In this document: positions 1 to 9,719 of the stretch, one piece after another
How the letters are laid out: every line of letters starts with the position of its first letter
Position numbering within the stretch: the stretch's first letter is position 1
Assembly (NCBI GenBank): GCA_032718475.1
Contig: JAUCBJ010001187.1
Span: forward strand, 47,554-111,553
Reading direction: 5' to 3'
DNA: 64,000 nt
Source of the DNA: Nemertoderma westbladi
Taxonomy: Eukaryota; Animalia; Xenacoelomorpha
Notes under the pieces: generated by a model
What the model saw: the letters and a program-made list of their open reading frames with translations, nothing else
The model's database searches: none
What the model was told of the DNA's origin: nothing
Position numbers and translations under genes: made by a program

Positions 1-628
1 CGTTTCTGCTTGTTGATAACGGGCTTGCGTGTTTGAATGTAATAAATTTCAAGCGTTTGTAAAACAAACGTGTGGTTAACTGCCCTAAATACTTAAATCA
101 AAAATTTACCAAACTGAGTGATACACATTCATACGGCACCAGAGCCAGCAAATCAAATTTTTATGTTCCCAATTGTAAATCCTTTGAAAGCGAAACGTTT
201 TTCTTTAATGGAATAAAGAATTGGAATTCCCTACCGAATAACATTAAAAATATTAAAAATGAACATGCCTTTAAGTCTGCAGTAAAATCCCATCTCCAAG
301 ACCAGTGCAAATTCTTATATAGCAGTATTTAGTTTAGTTCAATATTAAATAGGTGCATGTGCAATAATTAGTAATAATGATCAATTTTGTATTTCTTGTA
401 TCTTATTTAGTTTAAATTATATAATTATTCTATATACAGTAGTTAGTTTAGTTTGTATTGGTAACCAAGTAACTTGAAGGACCCCCTTGGAAATAAGCTG
501 CAAAGCTTTAGGGGTTATCCTTTATGTTATGTTGGACAATACTTACTATACATTAATAATTTTACTGAGTTAATGTATTGGTTTCTATTGTTTGCATAAT
601 ATATAAATAAATCTATCTATCTATCTAT
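1..628 (+). mobile_element. 3' end of a CR1/L2/Crack-group non-LTR retrotransposon (C-terminus of ORF2, 3' UTR, (TCTA)n tail)
   Basis: ORF 72-332 reads CPKYL..HSYGTRAS..F.FNGIKNWNSLPNNIK....FKSAVKSHL, the typical post-RT C-terminus of these LINEs. It is followed by an AT-rich UTR, AATAAA at ~606 and (TCTA)n at ~612-628. Confidence 0.8.
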
Positions 629-1060
629 AACAGGCCGCAATGGGTGTATAGCAATTACTTTGAAATGTTTAAACAATTCACGCCACTCAGTCATCCAACG
701 TGTATTGGGCTCGCCGCGGTGCGTCATGATGTGGTTGTGCACAGTCTTACCATGTTCGCTCCCATCCTTGGCCGTCCCATCCTGGTGCTGTCTAACGCGT
801 TCAAACAAGTGTTGGATGGTGTGTCCAACATATTCCCCCTTACAAGAGGGACAAGAGAAAGTGTAAACGACATTTGACACAAGGATATCCGGGAAGGATA
901 TCGGATATTTTTGAGATGGGAGTGACTGGCGCAGTTTAGATGTAGTGAAAACTAACCGAACTGGCCGTGTACCAGACCTAGGTATAAGTCCACGCAACTT
1001 TCGAACAAACAGATCGGTTAAAGGTAGACAAGAGTTTGTGGTTGGAGAACATATTATTAC
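629..1060 (-). mobile_element. Penelope-like element fragment, GIY-YIG endonuclease region
   Basis: ORF 617-1084(-) contains SNVVYTFSCPSCKGEYVGHTIQHLFERVRQH...HNH...FKVI, i.e. the VVY-x-CxxC-YVG-T-x-R-x-H pattern of PLE GIY-YIG domains. It is truncated at the LINE tail. Confidence 0.8.
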
Positions 1061-1265
1061 TTCCATAATGTAAATACAATCCAATGCAAAAAATATTTCA
1101 TTTGTTGTAAATTATGATGACATAGCAGTCTACTGTGGGCTGAATTTATGTAGAAACCTTTCAAGGGAGATATCTAGTTTTAGGCTAGCCAATTAATAAT
1201 AATATTAATATTATTAATAAAATGAAAACTGAGCAATTTTATTAATTTAATTCGTGTTAAATAAG

Positions 1266-1271
1266 TTTATT
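1266..1271 (-). terminator. Candidate polyadenylation signal (AATAAA) of the host gene
   Basis: tttatt at 1266-1271 is AATAAA on the minus strand, ~160 nt downstream of the host stop codon at 1430-1432. Confidence 0.45.
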
Positions 1272-1429
1272 ATAATATAACAGCTGAAAACTTCGCAATA
1301 TTGAAGTTGCATTAGTTATGAAACACACTTGCATGCAAGTTTTCTGTGTTTATGTAAATCAGCTTACATAGAAGTACATGTGCAATTGAAGCCTTGTACA
1401 CAAAGTTTAGGTATCCGTATCAGTTTCCT

Positions 1430-2211
1430 TCAAACACAGTAGATTGGACCAACAGCTAAAGCGCTGATCTCCTCTTCAGAACCCCCAGTGTCTCCAAGAC
1501 GCAACTCAACTATCGGCGAATCTTCGATGTTTAGGATGTGTTGGGTGCACGATAAAGAAGACTGATGGCATTTTAATCCACCCCTTTCCAGGAAAGAATA
1601 CTGGACCAAACCACTCTCTGTCCCAATGACGTAACATACTTCATCCATAACCACTTCGATGGCTGTTATATCACAATTTTGGACACACAATGATGACATT
1701 GACATCATTTCTCTTATTTGATTCAGGTCATAATGGTAGCTGACTGCCAATGAGAATCCACATGGTGTCTCATGTCCACTAACTACTTGACTTGGCCTAT
1801 CGGCATAGATAGACTTCCAGTTTGTAAAATAGCAAATGATTTCCCCAACCTTCTCTTCGAAGATATGCTCACCAGAACTTCCTGTGTCTCCAAGGCGAAT
1901 CTCCTGCACCGGCAATAAATTCTTATCTTCAATTGGAATAATAGAGCAATCATGATCTGATGGACAGAAATTCCAGTTTGAAAAGACGTGAGAATCGAAT
2001 GCGCGGTCAATCCAGCAATTATCATAAATGGATACCTCAACTGATATTATCGTTATTGTCTGGCTGCAGGAATCTGCTGCGTTTAAGAGATTCTCTATTA
2101 TCGTCATATCATATGGGTATGTTACTATGATACCATATCCACACGCGTTCTCATGGCCACTAACATATTCGCTGGTAAACATTGCTGGGATAATGAACTG
2201 CCCAGAGGAAC
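1430..2211 (-). CDS. Terminal coding exon of host EGF-repeat gene: two tandem CNTNAP/neurexin-IV-like fibrinogen-related domains
   Basis: Open frame of ~260 codons. The acceptor tttctttcAG|GT (AG at 2213-2212) is phase 1, matching the donor of the upstream EGF exon. Two ~125-aa repeats each show VSGHE..CG....V.Y.YD...I..(L/M)....C.Q and P(V/I).E(I/L)RLGDTG.S.E......VG.I.C, resembling the LPV..LRFGDTG...E....LGPL.C end of the CNTNAP domain. Confidence 0.8.
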
Positions 2212-2537
2212 CTGAAAGAAACATTATGTATCAGAGTAAGTGCAATATATTTATTCTAAATTAATATATTTCGGTAATAAATAGAGATAATTTAACATTT
2301 TCGGTAATAAATAAAAATAAATAGCTACATGTTGGAATCATCTGTTTGAAGGTAGGAAAGATTTGTATTTTCTTGATAACATCAGACTTGGTGTATTCAT
2401 TAGTTCTTGTAGCTACTGTACGCCCAGGTAATGGTAACTATATCAGCTTCTCTGATCTAGACTGTAAATGTATGTTTCACATGGGGGGTGGTGTTAGAAG
2501 CATCTACAAGAATAACGTAATCTTATTTATACTATAC

Positions 2538-2660
2538 CTTGACAATTCTTCCCATCTCCAGTGTATCCCAGTTGGCAGGCACAATCGAATGACCCTGGTG
2601 TGTTGGTGCAGTCGGCATTCTCGTGACAATCATTGGTGTTACTGAGGCATTCATTGATTT
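2538..2660 (-). CDS. Calcium-binding EGF-like exon (last EGF exon of the host gene)
   Basis: 123 bp, AG acceptor at 2662-2661, GT donor at 2537-2536, phase 1-1. Encodes INECLSNTNDCHENADCTNTPGSFDCACQLGYTGDGKNCQ (6 Cys, (D/E)-x-N-E-C and C-x-N-x-x-G-S-F-x-C consensus). Confidence 0.93.
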
Positions 2661-2753
2661 CTAAAATATATTTATATAGAATAATAAGTAAATAATAAGA
2701 AAATAATTTGTTGATTGACAGAAAAGACGGACTGACCAACAGAGGCTACCATT

Positions 2754-3808
2754 TGTAAAGGCTTTTGCGGAATTAGCTGGTTATTTTCCCCGTAAAGTAC
2801 TCTGTAGTTGGTTTAGCAGGCATAAAAGGCCGTGTCCTTACTGTACAGTACTGGTGTTTTAGAGGACACAAAAGCCATTTCTTCTGTATGTGTACTTTAG
2901 CGGACATAATTAGCAATTCTTTGACGCAATACGCCAGATCCTCTTGAAACAGTGTAGCTACCATGACGATGGCTAACAGCTGATGCTGTACACGTGTAGC
3001 TTTTTCTTTGTTCTCTGTTCCTTCTTTGTTCGTCTTTAGCCCAGCATTAGTAGGCTTAATTATAGAACGTATATCTGTTATCATACCTCACTTAACGAAT
3101 CATAACATACAAACTAATCATATTGTCAACTACAAACACCGCATTTTACTGCTATTTACTGTCGGTTATTCATTATATTTGTTGATGGAATATTATATTT
3201 GGAATACTGATAAATAATCAGACACCCCAATCTTCTTGATATACTAAAGGTTAGAGAGACCGGTTACATATAATGATTGCGACTTACATTAAGTGGTTTG
3301 AAGTGAATCTAATGCTATTTTATAGGCCCTACATGTATTGTCTGTTGTTCTCTTTATATATGATTAAAATCAGTGAAGGTCGGCAGATTAGTGTGCAGCA
3401 TTGTGTAGTATTGTGTATGATTGTGACTGATAACAAAGCATCTCCTAAAGAATGCGCCATATACGTGAATCTATAGCCATCCCGTTGTGTTTAGTTTAAG
3501 TCATAACTCTGTTTACATATTTAGAGCGCCACGTCCTAAAGGAACTGTTAATATTTCCCGAAAGTGAATAATATTTGTCAGAGATTATATATTACGATCA
3601 GTCGAATAATACAGTAGGCCTACCCCGCAATACGGTTAGGCTTCCGAATCCAGTCTCCCGGGTATATCCAGCGGGTGAATGATCGCGCATAGACTGGCTT
3701 CGGCTAATGTAGTGTATCAAATACTTGTCATAGGCTAAAGACGATCTATCATCTAAAAGACATCCCAATTTGGCAGGTTAAACTGCTAAAGGTCTGAAAG
3801 CGCGAACA
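2754..3808 (+). repeat. 5' LTR (1055 bp)
   Basis: Starts tgtaaaggc and ends gcgcgaaca. It is a direct repeat of 14015-15064, differing by about 6 substitutions and one 5-bp indel (counted by eye). Confidence 0.97.
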
Positions 3809-3820
3809 ATAACAGATATA
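3809..3820 (+). promoter_or_regulatory. Candidate primer-binding site complementary to the element's own LTR (no tRNA-type TGG PBS)
   Basis: ataacagatata abuts the LTR end and is the exact reverse complement of tatatctgttat at 3070-3081. Confidence 0.6.
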
Positions 3821-4145
3821 TACGTACAATCAGAAGATATAGTTGTCTATTGTTCTGGTAAGAACAATAACAGATATCGCTTCTGTATTGCAGTAGGCAA
3901 TAAAGCTGAAGTACCGGCCAACCGGTACCCAGTAGGCCTGACTACCTAACCACCCGGACCGGTACCTACAGCAGTACAGGTACAGCAGTATTATTCGATT
4001 TTGATTATTATATACCAGTAGGTCTTAATAATTAATCGGGGACGCCTGGTTTTTATTGGGATTTTACTTAGGCCTATTTCTGTCAGTTTTATTTATTTGT
4101 AGGCTAATATTGAGCAGAAGGCGTGTAAGCCTGCTCAGATTGTAC

Positions 4146-4725
4146 AGACAATTTGTAGGCTGGACTGTTGTCTGACTGTTGTTAAGTCTGAAGGGACTGT
4201 AGTGTGTGTAGAGCGTATGTCCGAAAAAGTACTAGTTAGGAAAGTAGGGGCTGCCAGTGCTGTGAGGTGAACCCCCTCGAAAGAATAAGTCGTACTACTG
4301 GGTTAGAACGCATACTAACTAACCATTTCGGAGTCTGCATATACTGTAGTTTATTTAGGCTTGATAGTAGTCTGCCAGCGTTTGGTCTGTACTTGGTTTG
4401 TGTAGTTTGTGTGGGTAGCGTAATATTTCTTATTTAGATAATTTGTAGGCTGGATTTTGTCTGGCTGTTGTTAGGTCTTGAGAGATTTCGGTGTGTGTAG
4501 AGTGTATGTCCGATAAAGTGCCAGTTGGGAACGTAGGGGCTTCCAGAGCTGTGAGGTAAACCCCCTCGAAAGAATAAGTGGTACTACTCGGTTAGAACGC
4601 ATACTAACTAACCATTTCGGAGTCTGCATATACCGTAGTTTGTTTGGGCTTGATAGTAGTCTGTCAGTATTTGGTCTGCATTTTGTTTGAGTAGTCTGTA
4701 CGCGTAGCGTAATATTTATTATTCA
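4146..4725 (+). repeat. Two diverged tandem ~290-bp repeats in the LTR element 5' UTR
   Basis: aga(c/t)aatttgtaggctgga starts at 4146 and 4436; both copies share the internal blocks ccccctcgaaagaataagt and ggttagaacgcatactaactaaccatttcggagtctgcatatac. Confidence 0.9.
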
Positions 4726-5659
4726 GAGTTTATGCGATTATTCTCAACATTCATATCCCCAAGTTTATTCCTACAGTAATTGTGCTTGTTATATATACCG
4801 TTATAGTTAAACTAACCCCGGTACTACATCAGGGCTGCTTGGCGTAGGTAAAGACTGGTGATTTTGTGCCCCGGTCACTCCAGCAGATACCGTGGTTCTT
4901 TTGGCTGTTCAAGTATTTTTAACTACTGATTATTTGTTATATAAGTACTTGTACCTAATTTAGGGTTTAGTGTACAGTGCTTTCCGAAGGTGATTAGTGT
5001 GTAGGCAGTATATTTGTGTTGTAAAGTGGTTAATAGGCACGTTGGTTCTGGTAGACCGCGGTAATTAACTTCTGGGTAGGAACACTCCGTGATACTTAAC
5101 GTAGTACTTATAGCGATACGGCTATAAGTCGTCAGACGGTGGTATTTTCCTATCTGGACAACGCAGTATATTTACTACTACTTATTATTTTCAAATACCG
5201 TAGTACCCTGTCCTTTGTAATAACCAGATAATCTAACCCTTTGTTAGGCTGGTTTGTAGACTTCTTGTAAAATTACCCTAAAAATTCGTACTTGTAATTT
5301 TTGTGTTTATTTAGAGATTGTAATCTCACCCGAATTGTATGTAATTTGTAGTATTAAGTAACTTAGGTAAATTAGAATTATTTGTTTTAGTGTCCAACAA
5401 GTAGCACTTCACTGAGAGCGCACAGCTTCTGTGTAGTGACTCCCCCCAGAAATAATAACATTTATTTCAAATATTGACAAAACCCATTTTAATGGGTATA
5501 GATATATTATAAATCAACTCAAACGATTTATAAATAGTAGGCCTGCCATACATCAATTAGGTCTAAATATCAGTTGGACTACTGCTCAAATAACGGTAAT
5601 AAAATAAGTAAAGTAACCAAGTAACCCCTAAAAATTCAGAAATTCAATTATTTAAAATA

Positions 5660-6170
5660 ATTGACATACCGGTATTTACCATAGGTTTATTATATTTATT
5701 TCTATAAATTTTAGGCTGAAATTATACCGGTATTCTGTAATTAATTCTAGTCTGTAATTATACTTATATATATACATTATAAGTGTAAGCTGTATACCGG
5801 TATTCACGATAGGCCTATTATATATTTATAAATTTAGGCTGAAATTATACCGGTATTCTGTAATTAATTCTAGTTAATAATTATACTTATATATATACAT
5901 TATAAGTGTAAGCTGTATACCGGTATTCACGATAGGCCTATTATATATTTATAAATTTAGGCTGAAATTATACCGGTATTCTGTAATTAATTCTAGTTAA
6001 TAATTATACTTATATATACTATAAGTGTAAACTGCATACCGGTATCCACGATAGGCCAATTATATATTTATACATATTTGTGCTGGAATTATATACCGGT
6101 ATTCTGTGACAAACCTAGTCTGTAATAATATTTATATATATACTATAAGCATACCGGTATTCTAATATAT
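5660..6170 (+). repeat. About four tandem ~123-bp AT-rich repeats rich in the palindrome ATACCGGTAT, in the LTR element 5' UTR
   Basis: aggctgaaattataccggtattctg starts at 5713, 5836 and 5959, with a diverged copy near 6080. Confidence 0.9.
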
Positions 6171-6296
6171 TATATATATATCACGCTACACTGAGTAGCA
6201 GTATCGGTAATTAATTACTAGGCTAACGGTGATACTGAATTACTAGACTTGCTTGAACTGTAATATAGCAGTAGGCATTCAACTGTACAAACCAAT

Positions 6297-9200
6297 ATGT
6301 CTGACACAAAGCAAAACCTGTCAGACAGTCTCCTAGATACAACCATATGTGACCCAGACAGGAGTGTGGAACGTGTAGGACCGAAGTTCAACTCACCTCC
6401 TACTGTAAGAAAGATCATCCCTCCCGTAGTAATATCAGACCCTAGGCTAGTCCAACATCGTAGGTCTATCATAGGCACTCGAGCTCAGGTCAAGCGGGAC
6501 CAAGAAGCAGCGGAACAGCAACAACCCGCGAGCCAAGTACTTATTTCTCAACGGCCCGACAGCTCCAGTAGTGAGGATACTGTAGAGCTGACACCCGAGC
6601 GCGGAGCAAAGATGACGGATGCGGTTTATTCGGATCCCCTTCTCATCCTTCCTGCAGCCGTACTCACTAGGTTATTGATTGCGGTGGAAGAACACCAGAT
6701 CGATTGGGCGAGAAATAAGCGATCGACTAAAGATAGTTATGCGGGATACACAAGGGAAGAACTGAAGTCTATTGTCGAGTCGCAATGGAACTTCCCCAGA
6801 CCCGGACTCCCGTTTGATTTATCAGAAGCTGCCTGGGAAGACATACACAGGATGGGAGTAACCAAGGAAACCATCGATCCAGCTGTGTGGAAGAGGTCCG
6901 CAGCCGGATACGTACAGGGATTCTTCAGCTCTATGGAGCGATTAAAGGAACAACTGTTTCAACAACCCCAAGGACCTCAAGAGCAGGGACAGCTGCTTTA
7001 TCAAGTTAGAGAAAGAATTCTGCGAATCAGGCTAATCTTATCGGCCTTTGAGGAGGCTTCTAAAAGAAGACAAGACACGTCGTTGCAAGTTGCCGTAAAG
7101 ACTTGGTTTCAACGGGTGAGTCTCCAGGTTCAAGGAACGGCTCAGTGGAAAGTTCAACTGGATGAGCACTCAACCCATGGAGAATCAACAGACGCTACAT
7201 TTTCCCAAGTGGAAAGTGAAGCGACAGCAGAGAAACCGCATAAGAGGGATGCTATTGACATCTATCTGTCGGACTATCAACGTTTTGTAGGAGATGAAGA
7301 GTTGAGGAGAAGACTAGAGGGACTTAGCCCTAATAGTGAAGGAGCCAAGCTTGTGTTGGACGCAATCGATGTGGATAGGATAGCTGCGAACCAAGCTAAA
7401 CTTGATGAAAGCATCCGCATCGCTAAGGTTCAAGAAGAACAAGTAAAGAAAAAACGTATAGAAGATAGAAAGACAGCGGCAGTGGCAGCAGCAGTGGCAG
7501 CGGCAGAAGCGGAAAGAAAAGCGGCAGTGGCAGCAGCAGTGGCAGCGGCAGAAGCGGAAAGAAAAGCGGCAGTGGCAGTGGCAGAGGCAGTGGCAGAAGC
7601 AGAACGGAGGGCATCTGAAGAGACAACCCAACTAGAGTTGGAAAATCTTCAAGAGAGGCAAGACAACTTCAATAAACAGTTAACAGCTAGTAATATGCAG
7701 ATGATGAGTCGATCAACTCCCAAAAGACAGGGATATACATCATCTGAGGAAGGCGATACCACTGATCCTGAAGGCGGAGGAAATCGATCTCGCCTAAGCA
7801 GACGTAAAAGAATGTCCCACCGTCAGAAATTGCCTGATTTGCCCCCAGCTGTTAGAAGGCAACTAGCTAGCACAGACTTAGGTAGTACAGAACCCACAGA
7901 CCAAATAATTAACATAGAAAGACTCCCTACTATAGTAGATGAGCCTGAAATAATTAGGCCTGTTCTCGAAGCCACCCCTTCGGTGATAGAGACACCTGTA
8001 CTCCCTGAACCTACCTCTAAATTCCCTCTGCACAGCACGAAGCTACCTGTGCCCCACAGAACCACCCCTGAAATTGTTCATGTCCTGGACTCCGAGCGAA
8101 ACATTCATGACTTGTCGCCCGTTGTCCCTCGTCCTCCCGCTACAACGTTGGCGCCTCCCGCTTCGGCGGTCGAGTGGGTAGATGAGGGACGACGGGAGAT
8201 GGGTCTCCTGCTCGGACAGCTGAGGGAACAACATTCTCGCTCCTCTCAGCAGGCCCAGGAGATGGAGGGAACTGTGCAGCAGTTAAAGGGAACAATTAGA
8301 GAGAGTAGGTTAGAGTTGCAAGAAGTGCAGCAAAGTATCGCGTTAGAACGCGATAAATTAGTAAATACACAAAAGGGTATACCACCAACCCTGGTAACAA
8401 TGTGTCAACCTGTTAGGTCTGAAGTATTTCATGCGCAAGGTGTGGAGCCTACACGCATCTATACTGCTAGCGAAGTAGAAACTCCTATAGTAAACCCTAT
8501 TAAGGGTAATTATAAACCTGTTGACAATGATATCCCATATAGACTTGATAATAATCCGAGAAATTTATATACCGGTAACTCGATATTAAATAACACGATG
8601 GCCCAAGAAAGTTTTACGCGTCAAATGGCTAGAACCGAAGCCCGTCAAGCGGTAAAGGTGGGAGAGATCGTCAAGTTCAATGGAGATGAGATGAAATGGT
8701 TACCTTTTAATGAATATTACAAAGATAACATACAGAACTCTGTGCTATCTAATGGAGAGAAACTTAGATTCCTCATCGAGTGCTTGGAAGGATCTCCCAA
8801 GTTAATGGCATTAAAGTTTATTGGACATCCAGACGGATTAAGACAAGTTTGGGATACACTAAACATCAGGTATGGTAATAGGAATAACATAGCTAAATAT
8901 TTGTATGCAAAATTAGTAGCGCCCCGAAAGTTCATTAGCAGCGGGATAATAGAGTTTTCCGATGAGATTCAAGAGATCTGTAGACAATTAGATTGGTTAG
9001 GTAAGTCTCATGAATATCAGAGTTCTATGGTTATTGGAGCCGTGGCTTCTACTTTACCGAAGGGTGGAGTAGGTACACGCTGGGACAAGAAAGTGTTATA
9101 TATGATGGAACAACAACGAAGAGACCCTACCATGGCTGATCTCATGTCATTCTTAGATGGAGAGGTAAAATTACAGCTTCTAAAACAGTCCAGAGAGAAG

Positions 9201-9719
9201 ACACCGGAAAATAAGGTAAGTGAGAAACCCGTTTCCAGGAGAAAGGTAATACCAGTGTGTTATACAGACGACGGCGAAAGCCAGACTTCTCAAGGAGAGG
9301 ATAGCGGGAAAGACACTGAAAAATCTTATTATGTCAATAAAACGCCTAAAGAACAGGTAAGTGAATTCAAGTCTCGAACCAATGACAGGAGAGAACAGGT
9401 AAGAAAAACTCCTCCTACGTCTCCTAAGAGAATTCAGGTGAGAAAGCCCGAAGAAAGAACGAGTGTGCACAACGTTACCCAAAGTAAGGTAAGTAACATC
9501 AAACCAAAATGTGTGCTGTGCGACGGGCCCCACCGTTTGAATAGGTGTGATAAATTCCTAAAGAAATCATTAAAGGATAGACGTGAAGTCATGTGGGATA
9601 AGCGGTTGTGTTATAATTGCCTCAGACGAGGACACCAACGACGAACCTGTTACTCCGACGCAAGGTGTGCAAAGTGCGGCGCAAAACATCATATCTTGTT
9701 GCACACCGAATTCGAATGA
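6297..9719 (+). CDS. gag: BEL/Pao Gag, 1140 aa, with long N-terminal extension
   Basis: Uninterrupted ORF. It contains a DUF1759-like capsid segment (KFNGDEMKWLPF...LSNGEKLRFLIECLEG) and the C-terminal BEL knuckle triad CVLCDGPH..RC, CYNCLRRGH...C, CAKCGAKHHILLH. Confidence 0.93.
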   Translation: MSDTKQNLSDSLLDTTICDPDRSVERVGPKFNSPPTVRKIIPPVVISDPRLVQHRRSIIGTRAQVKRDQEAAEQQQPASQVLISQRPDSSSSEDTVELTPERGAKMTDAVYSDPLLILPAAVLTRLLIAVEEHQIDWARNKRSTKDSYAGYTREELKSIVESQWNFPRPGLPFDLSEAAWEDIHRMGVTKETIDPAVWKRSAAGYVQGFFSSMERLKEQLFQQPQGPQEQGQLLYQVRERILRIRLILSAFEEASKRRQDTSLQVAVKTWFQRVSLQVQGTAQWKVQLDEHSTHGESTDATFSQVESEATAEKPHKRDAIDIYLSDYQRFVGDEELRRRLEGLSPNSEGAKLVLDAIDVDRIAANQAKLDESIRIAKVQEEQVKKKRIEDRKTAAVAAAVAAAEAERKAAVAAAVAAAEAERKAAVAVAEAVAEAERRASEETTQLELENLQERQDNFNKQLTASNMQMMSRSTPKRQGYTSSEEGDTTDPEGGGNRSRLSRRKRMSHRQKLPDLPPAVRRQLASTDLGSTEPTDQIINIERLPTIVDEPEIIRPVLEATPSVIETPVLPEPTSKFPLHSTKLPVPHRTTPEIVHVLDSERNIHDLSPVVPRPPATTLAPPASAVEWVDEGRREMGLLLGQLREQHSRSSQQAQEMEGTVQQLKGTIRESRLELQEVQQSIALERDKLVNTQKGIPPTLVTMCQPVRSEVFHAQGVEPTRIYTASEVETPIVNPIKGNYKPVDNDIPYRLDNNPRNLYTGNSILNNTMAQESFTRQMARTEARQAVKVGEIVKFNGDEMKWLPFNEYYKDNIQNSVLSNGEKLRFLIECLEGSPKLMALKFIGHPDGLRQVWDTLNIRYGNRNNIAKYLYAKLVAPRKFISSGIIEFSDEIQEICRQLDWLGKSHEYQSSMVIGAVASTLPKGGVGTRWDKKVLYMMEQQRRDPTMADLMSFLDGEVKLQLLKQSREKTPENKVSEKPVSRRKVIPVCYTDDGESQTSQGEDSGKDTEKSYYVNKTPKEQVSEFKSRTNDRREQVRKTPPTSPKRIQVRKPEERTSVHNVTQSKVSNIKPKCVLCDGPHRLNRCDKFLKKSLKDRREVMWDKRLCYNCLRRGHQRRTCYSDARCAKCGAKHHILLHTEFE
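7476..7607 (+). repeat. 45-bp coding tandem repeat (AAVAAAVAAAEAERK x ~3) inside gag
   Basis: gcggcagtggc starts at 7476, 7521 and 7566. Confidence 0.9.

Noticed and set aside
2773-3476. Short ORFs in the LTRs, repeated at 14074-14473
   Set aside because: They lie inside LTRs, the 5-bp indel changes the frame between copies, and no motifs are recognisable.
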